This document shows positions 18,199 to 29,525 of a stretch of DNA of 64,000 nt, in pieces. The notes below the pieces were generated by a model, which was not told the DNA's origin, did not search any database, and saw only the letters and a program-made list of their open reading frames with translations. The translations under genes and the position numbers were made by a program. The stretch comes from Gemmatimonadaceae bacterium (GTDB lineage Bacteria; Gemmatimonadota; Gemmatimonadetes; Gemmatimonadales; Gemmatimonadaceae), in assembly GCA_040901985.1 (NCBI GenBank), contig JBBDYC010000008.1:80490-144489 (forward strand), given 5' to 3'. Every line of letters starts with the position of its first letter. The stretch's first letter is position 1.

Positions 18199-19421
18199 TG
18201 CGGCGCGCGCTGCTCGTTGCCGCCGCCGCTGGCGCGGTCGCTGCCGCCGCTGTCGCCCTCGCGCCGTCGCTTGCGCGCACGCTGGCGCTCGCTGCCCAGC
18301 AGCAGCCGTCGCGCGACAGCGTGGCGCGCCGCCTGCCCTATGTGTTCCGCGACACGGTGACGGTACGTCGGCTGACCGTCGGCAATGAGGCGGAGGTGCA
18401 GCGCGTCGTGAGCGAACTGCTCGAACGCGAGGCGCACCTCGTGCGGCAGCTCACGTTGCTCCCGCTGACCGAGGTGCAGTCGCGCGAGGCGCTTTCCACC
18501 GAGCTCCAGCGGGTGGCGCGCGAGGCCTTCACGATGATGAGCGTCATCGAATCGCGCTGTATGGGCGAGCGCGTCAGCGTCCCGACCGGATACCTCGGGA
18601 TCAACTTCGACACCGAGGTGCAGGTGCAGGACCGCCGAGTGACGTTGGAGCGTTCGGTGGTCACGAGCGTCGAGCCGGGGTCGCCGGCGCAGCGCGCCGG
18701 GATCCAGTCGGGCGACTACCTCATCGCGATCGCCGGCCGCGAGTTTCGAACCAGGATCCCCGACCTTTCCGACGTCCTTGAACCGGGCCGGCGCGTGGCG
18801 GTGCGGTACGAACGTGCCGGGACGCCGCAGGAAGTGACGCTGACGGTCACCCCGCGACCGGAGAGCTTCGTGTCGTCGTGCCCGCGGTTCGAACGCGCCA
18901 TGCAGCCGCTCCGCGCCGGCGTCGTCGGCCGGGTGTGGATGACCGACTCGACCGACTCGCGCGGAAACCGATTTGCCTTCGTGGTGACGCCCAAGCCGCC
19001 CGCGCCGCTCCCGTCGCGCGTAACGGCCCAGACGCCGCCGACACCGGCTGTCGCGCCGGCGCCCCCCACGCCCCCCGTTCCGTCGCAGGTGATGGTCTTC
19101 GGGTCGGGCGCGGCGTTCGGCGGTCGGATCTCCTACTTCGGCGGCGCGCAGTTCCGCGTGCTCGACGACGACTGGCGCAACGTCCTCGGCCTGCGCGCCA
19201 ACGTGGTCGGCGTTCTCGTCAACGAGGTCGCGCCCGGCTCGGCTGCCGCGCAGGCGGGGCTCAAGGTCGGCGACGTGGTCACCACGGTCAACGGCTCGCA
19301 GGCCACGTCGCCGTTCGTGGTCTCGCGACTCCTCGGCGTCAGCGAGGACCTGCGCGCGACACTGCAGATTGTCCGCGCGCGCGAGCGGCGGACGGTGACG
19401 ATGAGCTGGGGTGCGCGCTGA
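18198..19421 (+). CDS. Exported double-PDZ domain protein
   Basis: Signal peptide; GYLGI..VEPGSPAQRAGIQSGD and VAPGSAAAQAGLKVGD; no trypsin domain seen. Confidence 0.85.
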   Translation: MRRALLVAAAAGAVAAAAVALAPSLARTLALAAQQQPSRDSVARRLPYVFRDTVTVRRLTVGNEAEVQRVVSELLEREAHLVRQLTLLPLTEVQSREALSTELQRVAREAFTMMSVIESRCMGERVSVPTGYLGINFDTEVQVQDRRVTLERSVVTSVEPGSPAQRAGIQSGDYLIAIAGREFRTRIPDLSDVLEPGRRVAVRYERAGTPQEVTLTVTPRPESFVSSCPRFERAMQPLRAGVVGRVWMTDSTDSRGNRFAFVVTPKPPAPLPSRVTAQTPPTPAVAPAPPTPPVPSQVMVFGSGAAFGGRISYFGGAQFRVLDDDWRNVLGLRANVVGVLVNEVAPGSAAAQAGLKVGDVVTTVNGSQATSPFVVSRLLGVSEDLRATLQIVRARERRTVTMSWGAR

Positions 19422-19439
19422 GCCGACGCCCGCGCGGCG

Positions 19440-20285
19440 TCAGGGCGTGATGCGACCCGGCGGAAGGGCGTAGACGAGGCGGATCGTGCGACGGTCCGCC
19501 TCGCTCAGTTCCGTCACCTTGACCTGCGGCGCCATCACGTGCGTGGTGTCGCGCACGTGGTCGAGACCGAGCAAATGCCCCACCTCGTGGCGCGCGATCG
19601 CCCGCACGCCGTCGCGGCCGAGCAGCCGGCCATCGGGCTGGTGCAGGGCGAGCTCGATCGTCCCGCGGACGATCCACCCGTGCTGGTCGTGCGCCCAGTG
19701 GGTCTGACCCGTCTTCCGCTCCTCGAACCGATCCACCCAGGTGACACGGATCGTGGCGCGCGCCGAGTCGGGGGTGAAGGTGAAGAGAAGCGGAACGCCG
19801 GCGTCGCTCCAGGCGCTGAAGGCGTCGTGCACGAGGCCGAGATGCGCGTGCTCGAACCCTGGAAGTGGCGACTCCTGCACCCAGATGCGCATCGGCTCGC
19901 CCGGACGCTCCGGCCAGCGGTAGTTCCAGCCGTCGCGCGCCGCCAGCAGCTCGGCGAGATACGTGCCATCGAGGCGCGCGTCGAGCGTGAAGCGGATGTG
20001 GTCGAGGTCGCGCTCTGGCGCGCCGAGCGCGGACTCCTCGAACACCTGCGTCTCCGCCTCGTCGAAGACTTCCGCTTGTTGCTCGGCATCAGCGGCCAGC
20101 CGCGCGAGGGCGCTATCTGTGGCGAGCTGGATGAAGTGCGCAGTCGCGTCGGGGCGCTGGCGCCACCAGAGACCGGCGACGACGAGGACGACGATCAGTA
20201 GGATCGCCGCAAGCCGAAAGCCAGCCGAAGAGGGGGGAGCGCCACTCACACGGGAAACGTACTCATTGACGAGTCGTGAGTACAC
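19440..20285 (-). CDS. Matrixin (M10)-family metalloprotease, membrane-anchored (alternative start GTG 20249)
   Basis: [11 protein letters not shown] plus Met-turn (HVM); N-terminal TM. Confidence 0.85.
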   Translation of the reverse strand: MYSRLVNEYVSRVSGAPPSSAGFRLAAILLIVVLVVAGLWWRQRPDATAHFIQLATDSALARLAADAEQQAEVFDEAETQVFEESALGAPERDLDHIRFTLDARLDGTYLAELLAARDGWNYRWPERPGEPMRIWVQESPLPGFEHAHLGLVHDAFSAWSDAGVPLLFTFTPDSARATIRVTWVDRFEERKTGQTHWAHDQHGWIVRGTIELALHQPDGRLLGRDGVRAIARHEVGHLLGLDHVRDTTHVMAPQVKVTELSEADRRTIRLVYALPPGRITP

Positions 20286-20299
20286 GACGAACGTCCGGG

Positions 20300-21391
20300 A
20301 TGAGGTTCGAACTCGGACTCTACTCGTTCGTCGAGAACACCGCCGGCGCCGACGGGCGCACGCTGCCGCCCCGCGAGCGGATCGCGCATCTCCTGGAGGA
20401 GGTCGAGCTCGCCGACCAGGTCGGCCTTGAGGTCTTCGGCATCGGCGAGCACCATCGCCCGGACTATCTCGTCTCGACGCCGGCCGTGGTCCTCGCCGCC
20501 GCGGCGATGCGGTCCAGCCGCATCCGGCTGACCAGCGCGGTCTCGGTCATCAGTTCCGACGACCCGGTGCGTGTGTTCCAGGAGTTCGCCACGCTCGACC
20601 TCCTGTCGAACGGCCGCGCCGAGATCATGGCAGGACGCGGGTCGTTCATCGAGTCGTTCCCGCTCTTCGGGTACGACCTCAAGGACTACGATTCGCTCTT
20701 CAGTGAGAAGCTCGAGCTGCTGCTGAGGATCCGCCGCGACGACCGCGTGATCTGGACGGGCCGGCACCGCGCCGCGCTTGACGACCAGCCGATCTATCCG
20801 CGTCCGGTGCAGGCACCAATCCCGGTGTGGGTGGCAGTGGGGGGCACGCCGGAGTCGGTGGTGCGCGCGGCGTCGCTCGGGCTGCCGATGGCGTTGGCAA
20901 TCATCGGCGGCTCGCCGGAGCGCTTTGTGCCATTCGTGGACCTCTATCGCGAGGCGTGGGCCAAGGCGGGCCACAAGGCGGAGGATCTTCAGGTGAGCAT
21001 CAACTCGCACGGCTTCCTTGCCGACTCGTCGGGCGCGGCGGCCGAGGCAGCGTGGCCGCCCTACCTGGACGTGATGGGACGGATTGGCCGTGAGCGCGGG
21101 TGGCCGCCCCCGACGCGCCGCCAGTTCGACGCCGAGCGGTCGCCCAAGGGCGCACTGTTCATCGGCGACCCGCCGGAGGTCATTGACAAGATCCTCTGGG
21201 AGCACGAGCTCTTCGGCCACACGCGCCACCTCATCCAATTCAGCGTCGGCACGATGCCGCACTCGCAGATGCTGCGCGCGATCGAGCTCTATGGCACAGT
21301 CGTCGCGCCGGCGGTGCGGAAGGCGCTGGGCGTGACCGCACCGCCGGCCAGTGCCACGGTCAGTGGCGCCCGAGCCGCACGCCCAGATTGA
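20300..21391 (+). CDS. LLM class flavin-dependent oxidoreductase
   Basis: [41 protein letters not shown]. Confidence 0.92.
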   Translation: MRFELGLYSFVENTAGADGRTLPPRERIAHLLEEVELADQVGLEVFGIGEHHRPDYLVSTPAVVLAAAAMRSSRIRLTSAVSVISSDDPVRVFQEFATLDLLSNGRAEIMAGRGSFIESFPLFGYDLKDYDSLFSEKLELLLRIRRDDRVIWTGRHRAALDDQPIYPRPVQAPIPVWVAVGGTPESVVRAASLGLPMALAIIGGSPERFVPFVDLYREAWAKAGHKAEDLQVSINSHGFLADSSGAAAEAAWPPYLDVMGRIGRERGWPPPTRRQFDAERSPKGALFIGDPPEVIDKILWEHELFGHTRHLIQFSVGTMPHSQMLRAIELYGTVVAPAVRKALGVTAPPASATVSGARAARPD

Positions 21392-24260
21392 CCACGCGGC
21401 CGTCGAGCGGACCCCAGACATCGGTCGTCCAGCGCCCGCCGACGCCACGCGCCGGCAGCAACAGCGGCGATTCCTTCGTCTGGCGGAAATCGAGCAGGTT
21501 CTCGCCGTTCACGAAGAGGCGCACGGAGCCAATCCGCCGCTCGACCATCAGGCCGAGGTGGACGTACGGCACGCTCTCCGTGCGGTACGGGTCGTCGCCG
21601 AGCGACTGCACGCCGGTGCGGTAGACCTCGACCGCGATCCGCCCCAGTCCCTCGGCTTCCCACGCGCCGACGAATCCGACGCTGTGCTCCGGCGTGAGCG
21701 GGACCTCGCGGCGCGCGCCGGTGGCGGGGTCCGCCTCGGTGGCGCGCAGCCAGGTGTATGAGGCGCTCAGGTGGAATGGTGCCGGCCGAGCGCGCACCAT
21801 CAGCTCGGCGCCGTGCGTGCGCGTCGGCGCATCCACGTTGATGAGTTCGACGGCGCCCGGGACGCCCGCGACCTCGCGGTAGCCGATCGGGTCCCGGATT
21901 TCCGACGCGAAGAGAGACGCGTAGAGCTCGATTGCCGCGAAGGCGCCGCCGAGATCCACCGAGCCGCTCCGCGCGCGCTCGACCCGCAGGCCGTCCAGTG
22001 GCTCGAGGGGCGTGAGGCCGACCACCTCAACCTCCTCGGTGAATGGCGTCGGCCCGAAGAATCCCGTCCCGCCGGAGGCGCGCAGCGACCAGGTTGGCGT
22101 GAGCCGCCAGAGGGCCGAGAGCCGCGGCGACCATTGCGCACCGTACTCGCTGTGCACATCCACGCGCGCGCTCGCCGAGAGCGCCAGCCGCGCGCCGACG
22201 TCCACAGTGTGTTGCGCGAAGAGCCCGGGAGTGCTGTGGACGAAGTCGAACTGGCCCAGGTCGTCGGCGCGGAATCGCTCCTGCTGCAGCGCGGCGCCGA
22301 GTACCCAGACGCCTCCCGCGCCGACGCCCGTCACCGCCGCCTCGCCGAACCAGGTGAAGTGCAGGTCGCGCTCCTGTACCGCGCCGAAGGTGTGCCGGTG
22401 ATCCTGCGCCGACGCGGACGCGCGCACGGTGACGACATTCGAGGTTGTCAGCCAGCGCACGACCCCGCCGGCGTCAAATCGTCCGGTCCGCAATCGCTCG
22501 GGATGCGAGCTGCCGTCGGCCACGGAGTCGCCGGGCACGGTGCCCCCGGCGCGCTCTTCGAGCGTGGTACCGAGCGTGAACATCGCCGAGTGGCCGGCCG
22601 GACTCCGCCAGTGCACGCGCGGACGAAGCACCACGCGCTCGTAGCGCGCAACGTCGGTCCAGCCGTCGTGGTCGCGATCCACACGCCCTTGGGAATGGAC
22701 GCCGGTGAGGAGCGTGTACCCCCAGCGCTCATTGACCGCATCCGACGCAAAGGCCACGGCGTCCCTGCCGTCGAGGCTGGTGCCGTTGAGGAGAAGCTCT
22801 CGTACCGGTTCGCCCTCGGGCGTACGCGAGACGAGGTTGATCACCCCGCCGAGCGCCGACCCGCCGTAGAGCGCCGAGGAGACGCCCTTGATCACCTCGA
22901 CCGCGCCAAGGTCCATCGGCGGGATCTGCAGCAGGCCGAGGCCGCCGGTCTGCGCGCCGTACAACGGGAGCCCGTCCACGAGCATCTGCGTGTAGCGGCC
23001 GCGCAGCCCCTGGATGCGGACGTTCGCGCCGCCGAGTCCGGGCGCGGTCGTCTGCACCCGTAGCCCCGGGGTCTCGTTCAGCATCATCGTGATGTCGCCC
23101 GGCGTCATCAGGAGCTTCTCCTCGACCTCCTCGCCGTCGAGGCGATCCACGCGCAGCGGCTCATCCTCGATGCGGCGCGTGCTGCGGGTGGCGCTGATGA
23201 CGACGGTCCGCGTCGTGACCGGCGCGCGCACGGTGTCGGGCGCGGGTGGCTTGGTCGGCGTTGGCGGGGTCTCCTGGGCGCCAAGCGCATCGGTGAGCCC
23301 GGCAATCGTCGCCAGCACCACGACCGACCGCGCAAGGTTCGAGAGCACCACCTCGGCGTTGCGGCGGAGCCCGTCACGCCGGGCCCGCTTGAGCGCGCTG
23401 TTCCGGAATGCGGCGCTGAACCCCGGCTGGTCGAGCGAAAGAATCTCCTCGGCGAGCGTCCGAGCGTCCTTCGTGGCAATCATCGGGCGCGGGAGGAACG
23501 CGGCGTCCCTGGGCGCAGTCGCAAACTTCACGTTCCACGGACAGACGTCCTGGCAGATGTCGCAGCCGAAGAGATGCTCGCCCACGTCAGCGCGCCGTCC
23601 GGCCGGGATCTCCCCGCGGAGTTCAATCGTGAGGTAGGAGATGCACCGTCGCGCGTCCATCACGCCCGGCTCGATGAAAGCGGCGGTGGGGCAGGCGTCG
23701 AGGCAGCGGGTGCAGCTGCCGCAGTGCTCGGTGTCAAAGGGCGCGTCGGGGGCAAGCTCGAGATCCACGAAGAGCGCGCCGATGAAGAAGAACGATCCGC
23801 GCTCCGGATGGATGAGCATCGTGTTCTTGCCGAACCAGCCGAGTCCGGCCTGGCGGGCGAGGTCGCGCTCGAGGATCGGGCCGGTGTCCACGTAAGCGCG
23901 CCCGCGCACGTTCTCGCCGCGCTCGGCGCGCATCCAGTCGAGGAGCGTGTCGAGTCGGTCCCAGATCAGCCGATGGTAGTCGTCGCCGCGGGCGTACTTG
24001 GCGATCGGGCCGTCCGGCTGGCGACCGCCGTAGTCGAGCGCGACGACGATGGCCGAGCGCATCCCGGGCTCGGGGAAGGTGGTGTCGCTGCGGAGCTCGG
24101 CGCCGCGCTCGAGATAGCCCATCGTCCCGTGGTGCCCCTCGGCGATCCACCGAGTGAACGCCTCGTGCGTGCCGACCGGCCCGAGTCGCGCGATGCCGGC
24201 GAGGTCGAAGCCGAGTCCGAGCGCCTGTGCCTTGAGGCGGGCCTCGAACGTGGCGCTCAC
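21360..24260 (-). CDS. queG: Epoxyqueuosine reductase QueG (24260-~23340) in frame with a TonB-dependent receptor (~23348-21360)
   Basis: QueG motifs [38 protein letters not shown] and [12 protein letters not shown]. No stop follows; then a signal-like segment, plug motifs ([38 protein letters not shown]) and a beta-barrel ending NLGVRL. Confidence 0.85.
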   Translation of the reverse strand: MSATFEARLKAQALGLGFDLAGIARLGPVGTHEAFTRWIAEGHHGTMGYLERGAELRSDTTFPEPGMRSAIVVALDYGGRQPDGPIAKYARGDDYHRLIWDRLDTLLDWMRAERGENVRGRAYVDTGPILERDLARQAGLGWFGKNTMLIHPERGSFFFIGALFVDLELAPDAPFDTEHCGSCTRCLDACPTAAFIEPGVMDARRCISYLTIELRGEIPAGRRADVGEHLFGCDICQDVCPWNVKFATAPRDAAFLPRPMIATKDARTLAEEILSLDQPGFSAAFRNSALKRARRDGLRRNAEVVLSNLARSVVVLATIAGLTDALGAQETPPTPTKPPAPDTVRAPVTTRTVVISATRSTRRIEDEPLRVDRLDGEEVEEKLLMTPGDITMMLNETPGLRVQTTAPGLGGANVRIQGLRGRYTQMLVDGLPLYGAQTGGLGLLQIPPMDLGAVEVIKGVSSALYGGSALGGVINLVSRTPEGEPVRELLLNGTSLDGRDAVAFASDAVNERWGYTLLTGVHSQGRVDRDHDGWTDVARYERVVLRPRVHWRSPAGHSAMFTLGTTLEERAGGTVPGDSVADGSSHPERLRTGRFDAGGVVRWLTTSNVVTVRASASAQDHRHTFGAVQERDLHFTWFGEAAVTGVGAGGVWVLGAALQQERFRADDLGQFDFVHSTPGLFAQHTVDVGARLALSASARVDVHSEYGAQWSPRLSALWRLTPTWSLRASGGTGFFGPTPFTEEVEVVGLTPLEPLDGLRVERARSGSVDLGGAFAAIELYASLFASEIRDPIGYREVAGVPGAVELINVDAPTRTHGAELMVRARPAPFHLSASYTWLRATEADPATGARREVPLTPEHSVGFVGAWEAEGLGRIAVEVYRTGVQSLGDDPYRTESVPYVHLGLMVERRIGSVRLFVNGENLLDFRQTKESPLLLPARGVGGRWTTDVWGPLDGRVVNLGVRLGRH

Positions 24261-24499
24261 CCGATGCGCGCCGCCCAGCGCGCGTAACGGACCACGTCCT
24301 CCGGCGGCGGCAGGGCGTCGTGGTCCCCGTACGCCGTGTACATCCGCCACCGCACATAGTCGCGCGACGGGAGCGGGAGGAATGGGAAGCGCGCATACCA
24401 GCGATTCCGCCGGAAGCGCCACGCCACGACGAGCAACGCCCGCGCGAGGGCGGGGTTGATCAGCGCGCGCGGAATGAGCCTGAGGATGAGCGAGAGCAT
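24257..24499 (-). CDS. Small hypothetical protein
   Basis: PFLPLPSRDYVRWRMYTAYG; stop overlaps the queG GTG start. Confidence 0.65.
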   Translation of the reverse strand: MLSLILRLIPRALINPALARALLVVAWRFRRNRWYARFPFLPLPSRDYVRWRMYTAYGDHDALPPPEDVVRYARWAARIG

Positions 24500-24533
24500 C
24501 GGTTGGCGGTGAATATACGTATCTTCCCGTCCC

Positions 24534-25850
24534 ATGTGGCTCTACCGGGCGATGCCGATCCTCTCCGAGATCGCGGTGCGCGCGTACTACCGCGTGACCG
24601 TGGCCGGCGCGCGCGTCCCGGCGCACGGGCCGGTGCTGATCGTCGCCAACCACAACAACTCGCTGGTGGACCCGGCGCTCGTCGCCGCAACCGCGGGGCG
24701 CGACGTGCGCTTTCTCGCCAAGGCACCGCTCTTCACGCACCCGCTGATCGGCTGGGTGGTCCGGGGCGTGGGGTCGGTGCCGGTCTATCGACAGATTGAC
24801 GACCCCACGAAGGTTGCCCAAAATCTCGACTCGTTCCGGGACGTCCACCAGGTGCTCGCGGCGGGCGACGTCGTCGGGATCTTCCCCGAGGGGATCAGTC
24901 ATTCGGCGTCGCGGCTGGCACCGCTCAAGACGGGTGCGGCGCGCATCGCGATCGGCGCCGCGGCGAAGCTCGGTCGCGACTTCCCGGTGATCGCGGTCGG
25001 CCTCGTCTTTCGCGACCGCGACCTGTTCCGCTCTGAGGCGCACGTTATCATCGGCGACGCCTTCCCGTGGCACGACCTCGTCGGCGACCTGACCAATCGC
25101 AACGCGGTGCGCGAGCTGACCGAGCGGATCGAGCGTTCGATGCGGCGCGTCTCGGTGAACCTCGAGCAATGGGAGGACGAGCCGCTCGTCCGCACCGCCG
25201 AGGAAGTCTGGCGCGCCGAGTTCGGAGCGGCGGCGGACGCCTCGCCGGCGGCGGAGGTGGACCGGCTGCGGATCACCGCCGACGCGCTCCAGGCGTTGCG
25301 GGAGGGCGGGGCGGAGTCGTGGCGCGAGACGGCAGTCGAACTGCGCGGACACGGCCGCGCACTCCGCGCACTGGGACTCACACCGGCCTCGCTGATCGAG
25401 GATGTCACGGTTGGTGATGCGATCCGCTGGGGTGCGGCGCGGCTTCCACTCCTCCTGGTCCTGCCGGTCTCGGCGCTCGGTGGCATCTTCTTTTGGGTGC
25501 CGAAGGAAGTGACGGCACGGGCCGCGGCGCGGATTGCCGCCAAGGAGGGACCCGACGCGTTGGTCACGCATCGGGTCCTCACCGGAGCGATCGTCTTTCC
25601 CCTCTGGTTCGTCCTGACAAGCATCCCGGTCGCTTGGTGGCGCGGGTGGATGCTGGGCGCGGCGTTCCTCCTCGTCCAGCCGCTCTGGGCCTTTGCCGCG
25701 CTCGCCGTGGGCGAGCGCCGGCAGCGGATCTGGCTCGCCGTGCGCCGCTACTTCCTGCGGCATCGGGTCCGGCAGCGGATCGTCCAGTTGCGCGAGCGGC
25801 AACGCGCCCTCGCCGAGCGGCTCCGTGCGCTCCTCGCCGCGGCAGGGTAA
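24534..25850 (+). CDS. Lysophospholipid/glycerol-phosphate acyltransferase family protein with C-terminal TMs
   Basis: ANHNNSLVD, FLAK, FPEG and KTGAAR. Confidence 0.88.
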   Translation: MWLYRAMPILSEIAVRAYYRVTVAGARVPAHGPVLIVANHNNSLVDPALVAATAGRDVRFLAKAPLFTHPLIGWVVRGVGSVPVYRQIDDPTKVAQNLDSFRDVHQVLAAGDVVGIFPEGISHSASRLAPLKTGAARIAIGAAAKLGRDFPVIAVGLVFRDRDLFRSEAHVIIGDAFPWHDLVGDLTNRNAVRELTERIERSMRRVSVNLEQWEDEPLVRTAEEVWRAEFGAAADASPAAEVDRLRITADALQALREGGAESWRETAVELRGHGRALRALGLTPASLIEDVTVGDAIRWGAARLPLLLVLPVSALGGIFFWVPKEVTARAAARIAAKEGPDALVTHRVLTGAIVFPLWFVLTSIPVAWWRGWMLGAAFLLVQPLWAFAALAVGERRQRIWLAVRRYFLRHRVRQRIVQLRERQRALAERLRALLAAAG

Positions 25851-25862
25851 ACTTCAGCGGCT

Positions 25863-26843
25863 ATGGCATCCAAGCGAACCAAGACCACCTCCACGCGCGG
25901 CGCGCCGCGCCCGGCGACGACCAAGCCGGCGCGCACGGCCGGCGGCAAGCCGGTCGATCCGGCGCAGATGGACGCGGCGGCGCAGGAATCGGTCGCGGCG
26001 CTGAAGGAGCGGATTGACGAAGGCCGCCGCGCTTCCGGCCATTTCGCGGCGCTCCCAGATGAGCATTTTCAGCGCCGCGCGCACGACGACTTGATCGGCG
26101 ACTTCTCGTGGGCGCTCACCGAGGACGCCAAGCTCCTCGAGTACGGCGGCCCGCGGGCGGACTTCCGGAGCACCGATCCCTGGCGCGTGATGCGGATCAC
26201 GTCGGAGTTCATCGAGGGGTTCGACAAGCTGGCGCAGATCGAAAAAGGCGTGAGCATCTTCGGGTCGGCGCGTACGCATCCCGACGACCCGCAGTACATC
26301 GCCGCCGTCGAGACGGCGCGCCTCCTCGGCCGCCAGGGCTTCAGCATCATCACCGGCGCCGGCCCCGGGATCATGGAGGCGGCCAACAAGGGCGCGCGGC
26401 TCGCCGAGGCGCCGTCCATCGGCTGCAACATCCAGCTCCCGTTCGAGCAGGGTGCCAACCCGTTCGTGGACACCCTCGTCTCGTTCCGCTACTTCGCGGT
26501 GCGCAAGACGATGTTCATCAAGTACTCCAGCGCATTCATCATCTTCCCCGGCGGGTTCGGCACCTTCGACGAGCTCTTCGAGGCGCTGACGCTGATCCAG
26601 ACCGGCAAGATCTCGCAGTTCCCGGTGGTGCTCTTCGGCACGCACTACTGGGCGGGGCTGGTCCGCTGGCTCACGTCGCGCGTGCTCGCCGAGCGGAAGA
26701 TCGCGCCGGGCGATATGGACCTGATGGTGGTGACCGACGACCCCGCCGAGGCGGCGCGCGTCGTCTCCGAGGCCTATGAACTGCAGCTCAAGACGGCCCG
26801 CAAGCGGGCGGAGGCGGTGACGCGTGTCGCGAGGGACGTCTGA
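25863..26843 (+). CDS. LOG family (TIGR00730-type) nucleotide phosphoribohydrolase
   Basis: [22 protein letters not shown] and PGGFGTFDE. Confidence 0.92.
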   Translation: MASKRTKTTSTRGAPRPATTKPARTAGGKPVDPAQMDAAAQESVAALKERIDEGRRASGHFAALPDEHFQRRAHDDLIGDFSWALTEDAKLLEYGGPRADFRSTDPWRVMRITSEFIEGFDKLAQIEKGVSIFGSARTHPDDPQYIAAVETARLLGRQGFSIITGAGPGIMEAANKGARLAEAPSIGCNIQLPFEQGANPFVDTLVSFRYFAVRKTMFIKYSSAFIIFPGGFGTFDELFEALTLIQTGKISQFPVVLFGTHYWAGLVRWLTSRVLAERKIAPGDMDLMVVTDDPAEAARVVSEAYELQLKTARKRAEAVTRVARDV

Positions 26844-26844
26844 C

Positions 26845-28053
26845 GTGAAACGTCGCGTGCGTGGAGGGTTCAAGGCTTCGCGGGCCACGCCGGCCGGGAA
26901 CAAGGCGGCGCAGAAGCGGCAGGCCGAGCGGCGCGAGGCCGCCAGCCCCAAGGTCGGCACCAAGGCGCAGAGCTCCTTTCTCCGCGGCAAGCGGATCAAC
27001 CCGCGCAAGCTCGACGGCACCGAGAGCGTGGTCGAGCTCGTCGAGGGCACCTTCCAGAGCTACAACTCCGGGCGACTGCGCGAGGCCTGCGCGCTCTTCA
27101 ACGAACTGATGCTCGAGAAGGACGTCACTGTCGGGATGACGCTCACCGGCGCGCTGACGCCGGCCGGGCTCGGGATGAGCACGATCATCCCGCTGATGGA
27201 GGCGGGGTTCGTGGACTGGATCATCTCCACCGGGGCGAATCTCTACCACGACACGCACTTCGGGCTCGGCCTCTCGATGCACCGCGGGAATCCGCAGGCA
27301 TCGGACACCGTGTTGCGCGAGGAGGGCGTGGTCCGCATCTACGACGTCTTCTTCGACTATGACGTCCTGCTGAGCACCGACGCGTTTTTCCGGAAGATCA
27401 TCCGGGCCCCGGAATTCCAGCGGACGATGTCGAGCGCCGAGTTCCATCATCTCTGCGGCAAGTACCTGGTGGAGCGCGAGAAGGCGCTGGGGATGCCGCA
27501 GAAGTCGCTCCTCGCGGCGGCGTACCGCTGCGGCGTGCCGATCTACACCTCGTCGCCCGGCGACTCGAGCATCGGGATGAACATCGCCGCGCTCGCGCTC
27601 GAGGGCGGCAGCTGCATCCTCGACCCCAACCAGGACGTGAACGAGACGGCGGCGATCGTGCTGCACGCCAAGCGACGGGGCGGGAAGAGCGCGGTGCTGA
27701 TCGCCGGCGGCGGGAGCCCCAAGAACTTTGCGCTCCAGACCGAGCCGCAGATCCAGGAGGTGCTCGGCATTGATGAGAAGGGGCACGACTTCTTCCTGCA
27801 GGTCACCGACGCGCGGCCGGACACCGGCGGCCTCAGCGGCGCGACGCCGGCCGAGGCGGTGAGCTGGGGGAAGATTGACCCCGACCGGTTGCCGGATGCG
27901 GTGGTCTGCTACCTCGACGCGACGATCGCGCTGCCGATCCTGACGAGCTACGCGCTTGCCAAGCGGAAACCGCGGCGGCTCCGGCGGCTCTACGACAAGC
28001 GCAAGGCGATGATGGCGACGCTGCGGCGAGAGTTTGCGAAGGCGAACGGGTAA
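26845..28053 (+). CDS. Deoxyhypusine synthase-like protein (probable homospermidine pathway, SpeY-type)
   Basis: [17 protein letters not shown] and [18 protein letters not shown]. Confidence 0.88.
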   Translation: MKRRVRGGFKASRATPAGNKAAQKRQAERREAASPKVGTKAQSSFLRGKRINPRKLDGTESVVELVEGTFQSYNSGRLREACALFNELMLEKDVTVGMTLTGALTPAGLGMSTIIPLMEAGFVDWIISTGANLYHDTHFGLGLSMHRGNPQASDTVLREEGVVRIYDVFFDYDVLLSTDAFFRKIIRAPEFQRTMSSAEFHHLCGKYLVEREKALGMPQKSLLAAAYRCGVPIYTSSPGDSSIGMNIAALALEGGSCILDPNQDVNETAAIVLHAKRRGGKSAVLIAGGGSPKNFALQTEPQIQEVLGIDEKGHDFFLQVTDARPDTGGLSGATPAEAVSWGKIDPDRLPDAVVCYLDATIALPILTSYALAKRKPRRLRRLYDKRKAMMATLRREFAKANG

Positions 28054-28099
28054 GCGAAGCGCGGCCTTCGCCTGCGGACGGTGCGCGACCACGTGGAGA

Positions 28100-29509
28100 T
28101 TATCGAGAGGGAAACTTCCGGCTCCAGGCGTCGAACTCGCTTGGGAGCAAGCCGTAGCGTGTAGCTGATGCGTCGTTGAGGTTCCGGAGCGTCGTTGCCG
28201 TGAGTTCGGCAAATACAGGAACGTCTGGTTCGTCAATGCCGTGCTCCCGCGCCCAAGACTCAACATTGACCGCGGTCGGTGCTAGGCTCTTGCGCACGGT
28301 GTCCGCGATGGCGTGGCGCATCTCGGCGCGATAGCGGAGCTGCAGCGGGTGCGGCGGTGTTGCGGCCTCGCGCGCCACGCTGTAGAGCTGTGCGGAACGC
28401 TCGTACGCGTAGATGTACAGGTCCCGCATCGGCTCGACCCGCGACAGCTCGTAGACCGCGAGTGTGGCGTGAACGTATTCGTCCTCGGCGACGTCAACGA
28501 ACGTGAGAGGGCAGAGATTGGCGTCAATGAGCGGAATGTTCGCGGTCAGGCGAGCGGTACGCTTGTTCACGTCCGCGAAGGGCTGGAGGTAGGGCAGGTG
28601 GACAAGCAGGAAGAATGAGCGCTCGAACGGGTCGGCAATCGCGTTGGCGACGTTGACGATGCGCTCGAAGCACTCGGCAATGAGATGCGGATCCTCGGTG
28701 GGGACGTACGTCGTGCCGGTGATGCTCACCGGACGCTGGCGCAATCGCCCTTCGTCGCGTGCGTCTGCGAGCAGCCCTTCAGAAAGGGCTCCGTGCAGCG
28801 AGCGAATTGTGTGTGCGGTGATTCCCGCTTCCGCCCGCCCGTCCACGAGGTATTCGATTGCAGCCTTGTGGTTGAGGATCATCTGTGCCTCAGTCGCGTC
28901 CTTGCCTTCCGCACGTTGGCCGAACTCAATGAGCTTCTGCGTGTCGATGCGCGAGTAGGTATTCCCCTCGAGGCGGCTTGAGGCCCAGGACAGGTCAATG
29001 AGCAAGCGCGATAGGATTTCACGGGCAAAGGTCCCGGCCGGCCGCTCTTCCGGAGTCCGACCGAGTTGCAGTAGATGCGCGCGCGCGCTCCGGGGGAGGT
29101 ACGCGGATCCTTCCACGTTTGGAGCATAGTTCTCGAGCCACGCGCGGTTATATCCAACGTATTTGCGAACGCCGCGCGGTTGCCGGATCCGGGCGATTGC
29201 CTCCGCTCCCTCTTGGCTCAGCCAGTGCGGGGTTTTTGGATCCGGTTTAGGGGTCGGCCCTGACTCGCTTGGACGCGGGAGATCGGGACCCGGCAGATAT
29301 TTCGTGCCGCGTCCTCGACCTTCGGTGAGCACGCTGGTGGGCGGTGCTTTCTTCAGTCGGTAGTTCACCGCGTACGGTTCGAGCGCGATGCCGTGCGAGG
29401 TTCTGAGTCGATCGGCGAGTTCCCCTGCCGAGAGTCCAGCGGGGTGCTGTGCAATGATGCCAAGAAGAAAGTCGAGCTCTTGGCGGATGTTCTTTCTTGT
29501 CCCGGTCAC
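28100..29509 (-). CDS. Fic family protein with N-terminal HTH, variant motif YLQPFADVNKRTAR
   Basis: SSRLEGNT, MILNHKAA, Fic loop PFxDxNxRxxR; visibly lower GC than its neighbours. Confidence 0.88.
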   Translation of the reverse strand: MTGTRKNIRQELDFLLGIIAQHPAGLSAGELADRLRTSHGIALEPYAVNYRLKKAPPTSVLTEGRGRGTKYLPGPDLPRPSESGPTPKPDPKTPHWLSQEGAEAIARIRQPRGVRKYVGYNRAWLENYAPNVEGSAYLPRSARAHLLQLGRTPEERPAGTFAREILSRLLIDLSWASSRLEGNTYSRIDTQKLIEFGQRAEGKDATEAQMILNHKAAIEYLVDGRAEAGITAHTIRSLHGALSEGLLADARDEGRLRQRPVSITGTTYVPTEDPHLIAECFERIVNVANAIADPFERSFFLLVHLPYLQPFADVNKRTARLTANIPLIDANLCPLTFVDVAEDEYVHATLAVYELSRVEPMRDLYIYAYERSAQLYSVAREAATPPHPLQLRYRAEMRHAIADTVRKSLAPTAVNVESWAREHGIDEPDVPVFAELTATTLRNLNDASATRYGLLPSEFDAWSRKFPSR

Positions 29510-29525
29510 ATAAACTCCGACAAAG

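Noticed and set aside
24261..25802. First ~510 aa of the 1480-aa ORF 21360..25802
   Set aside because: Shadow frame antisense to the acyltransferase and overlapping the small 24257-24499 gene; recognisable protein starts at GTG 24260.
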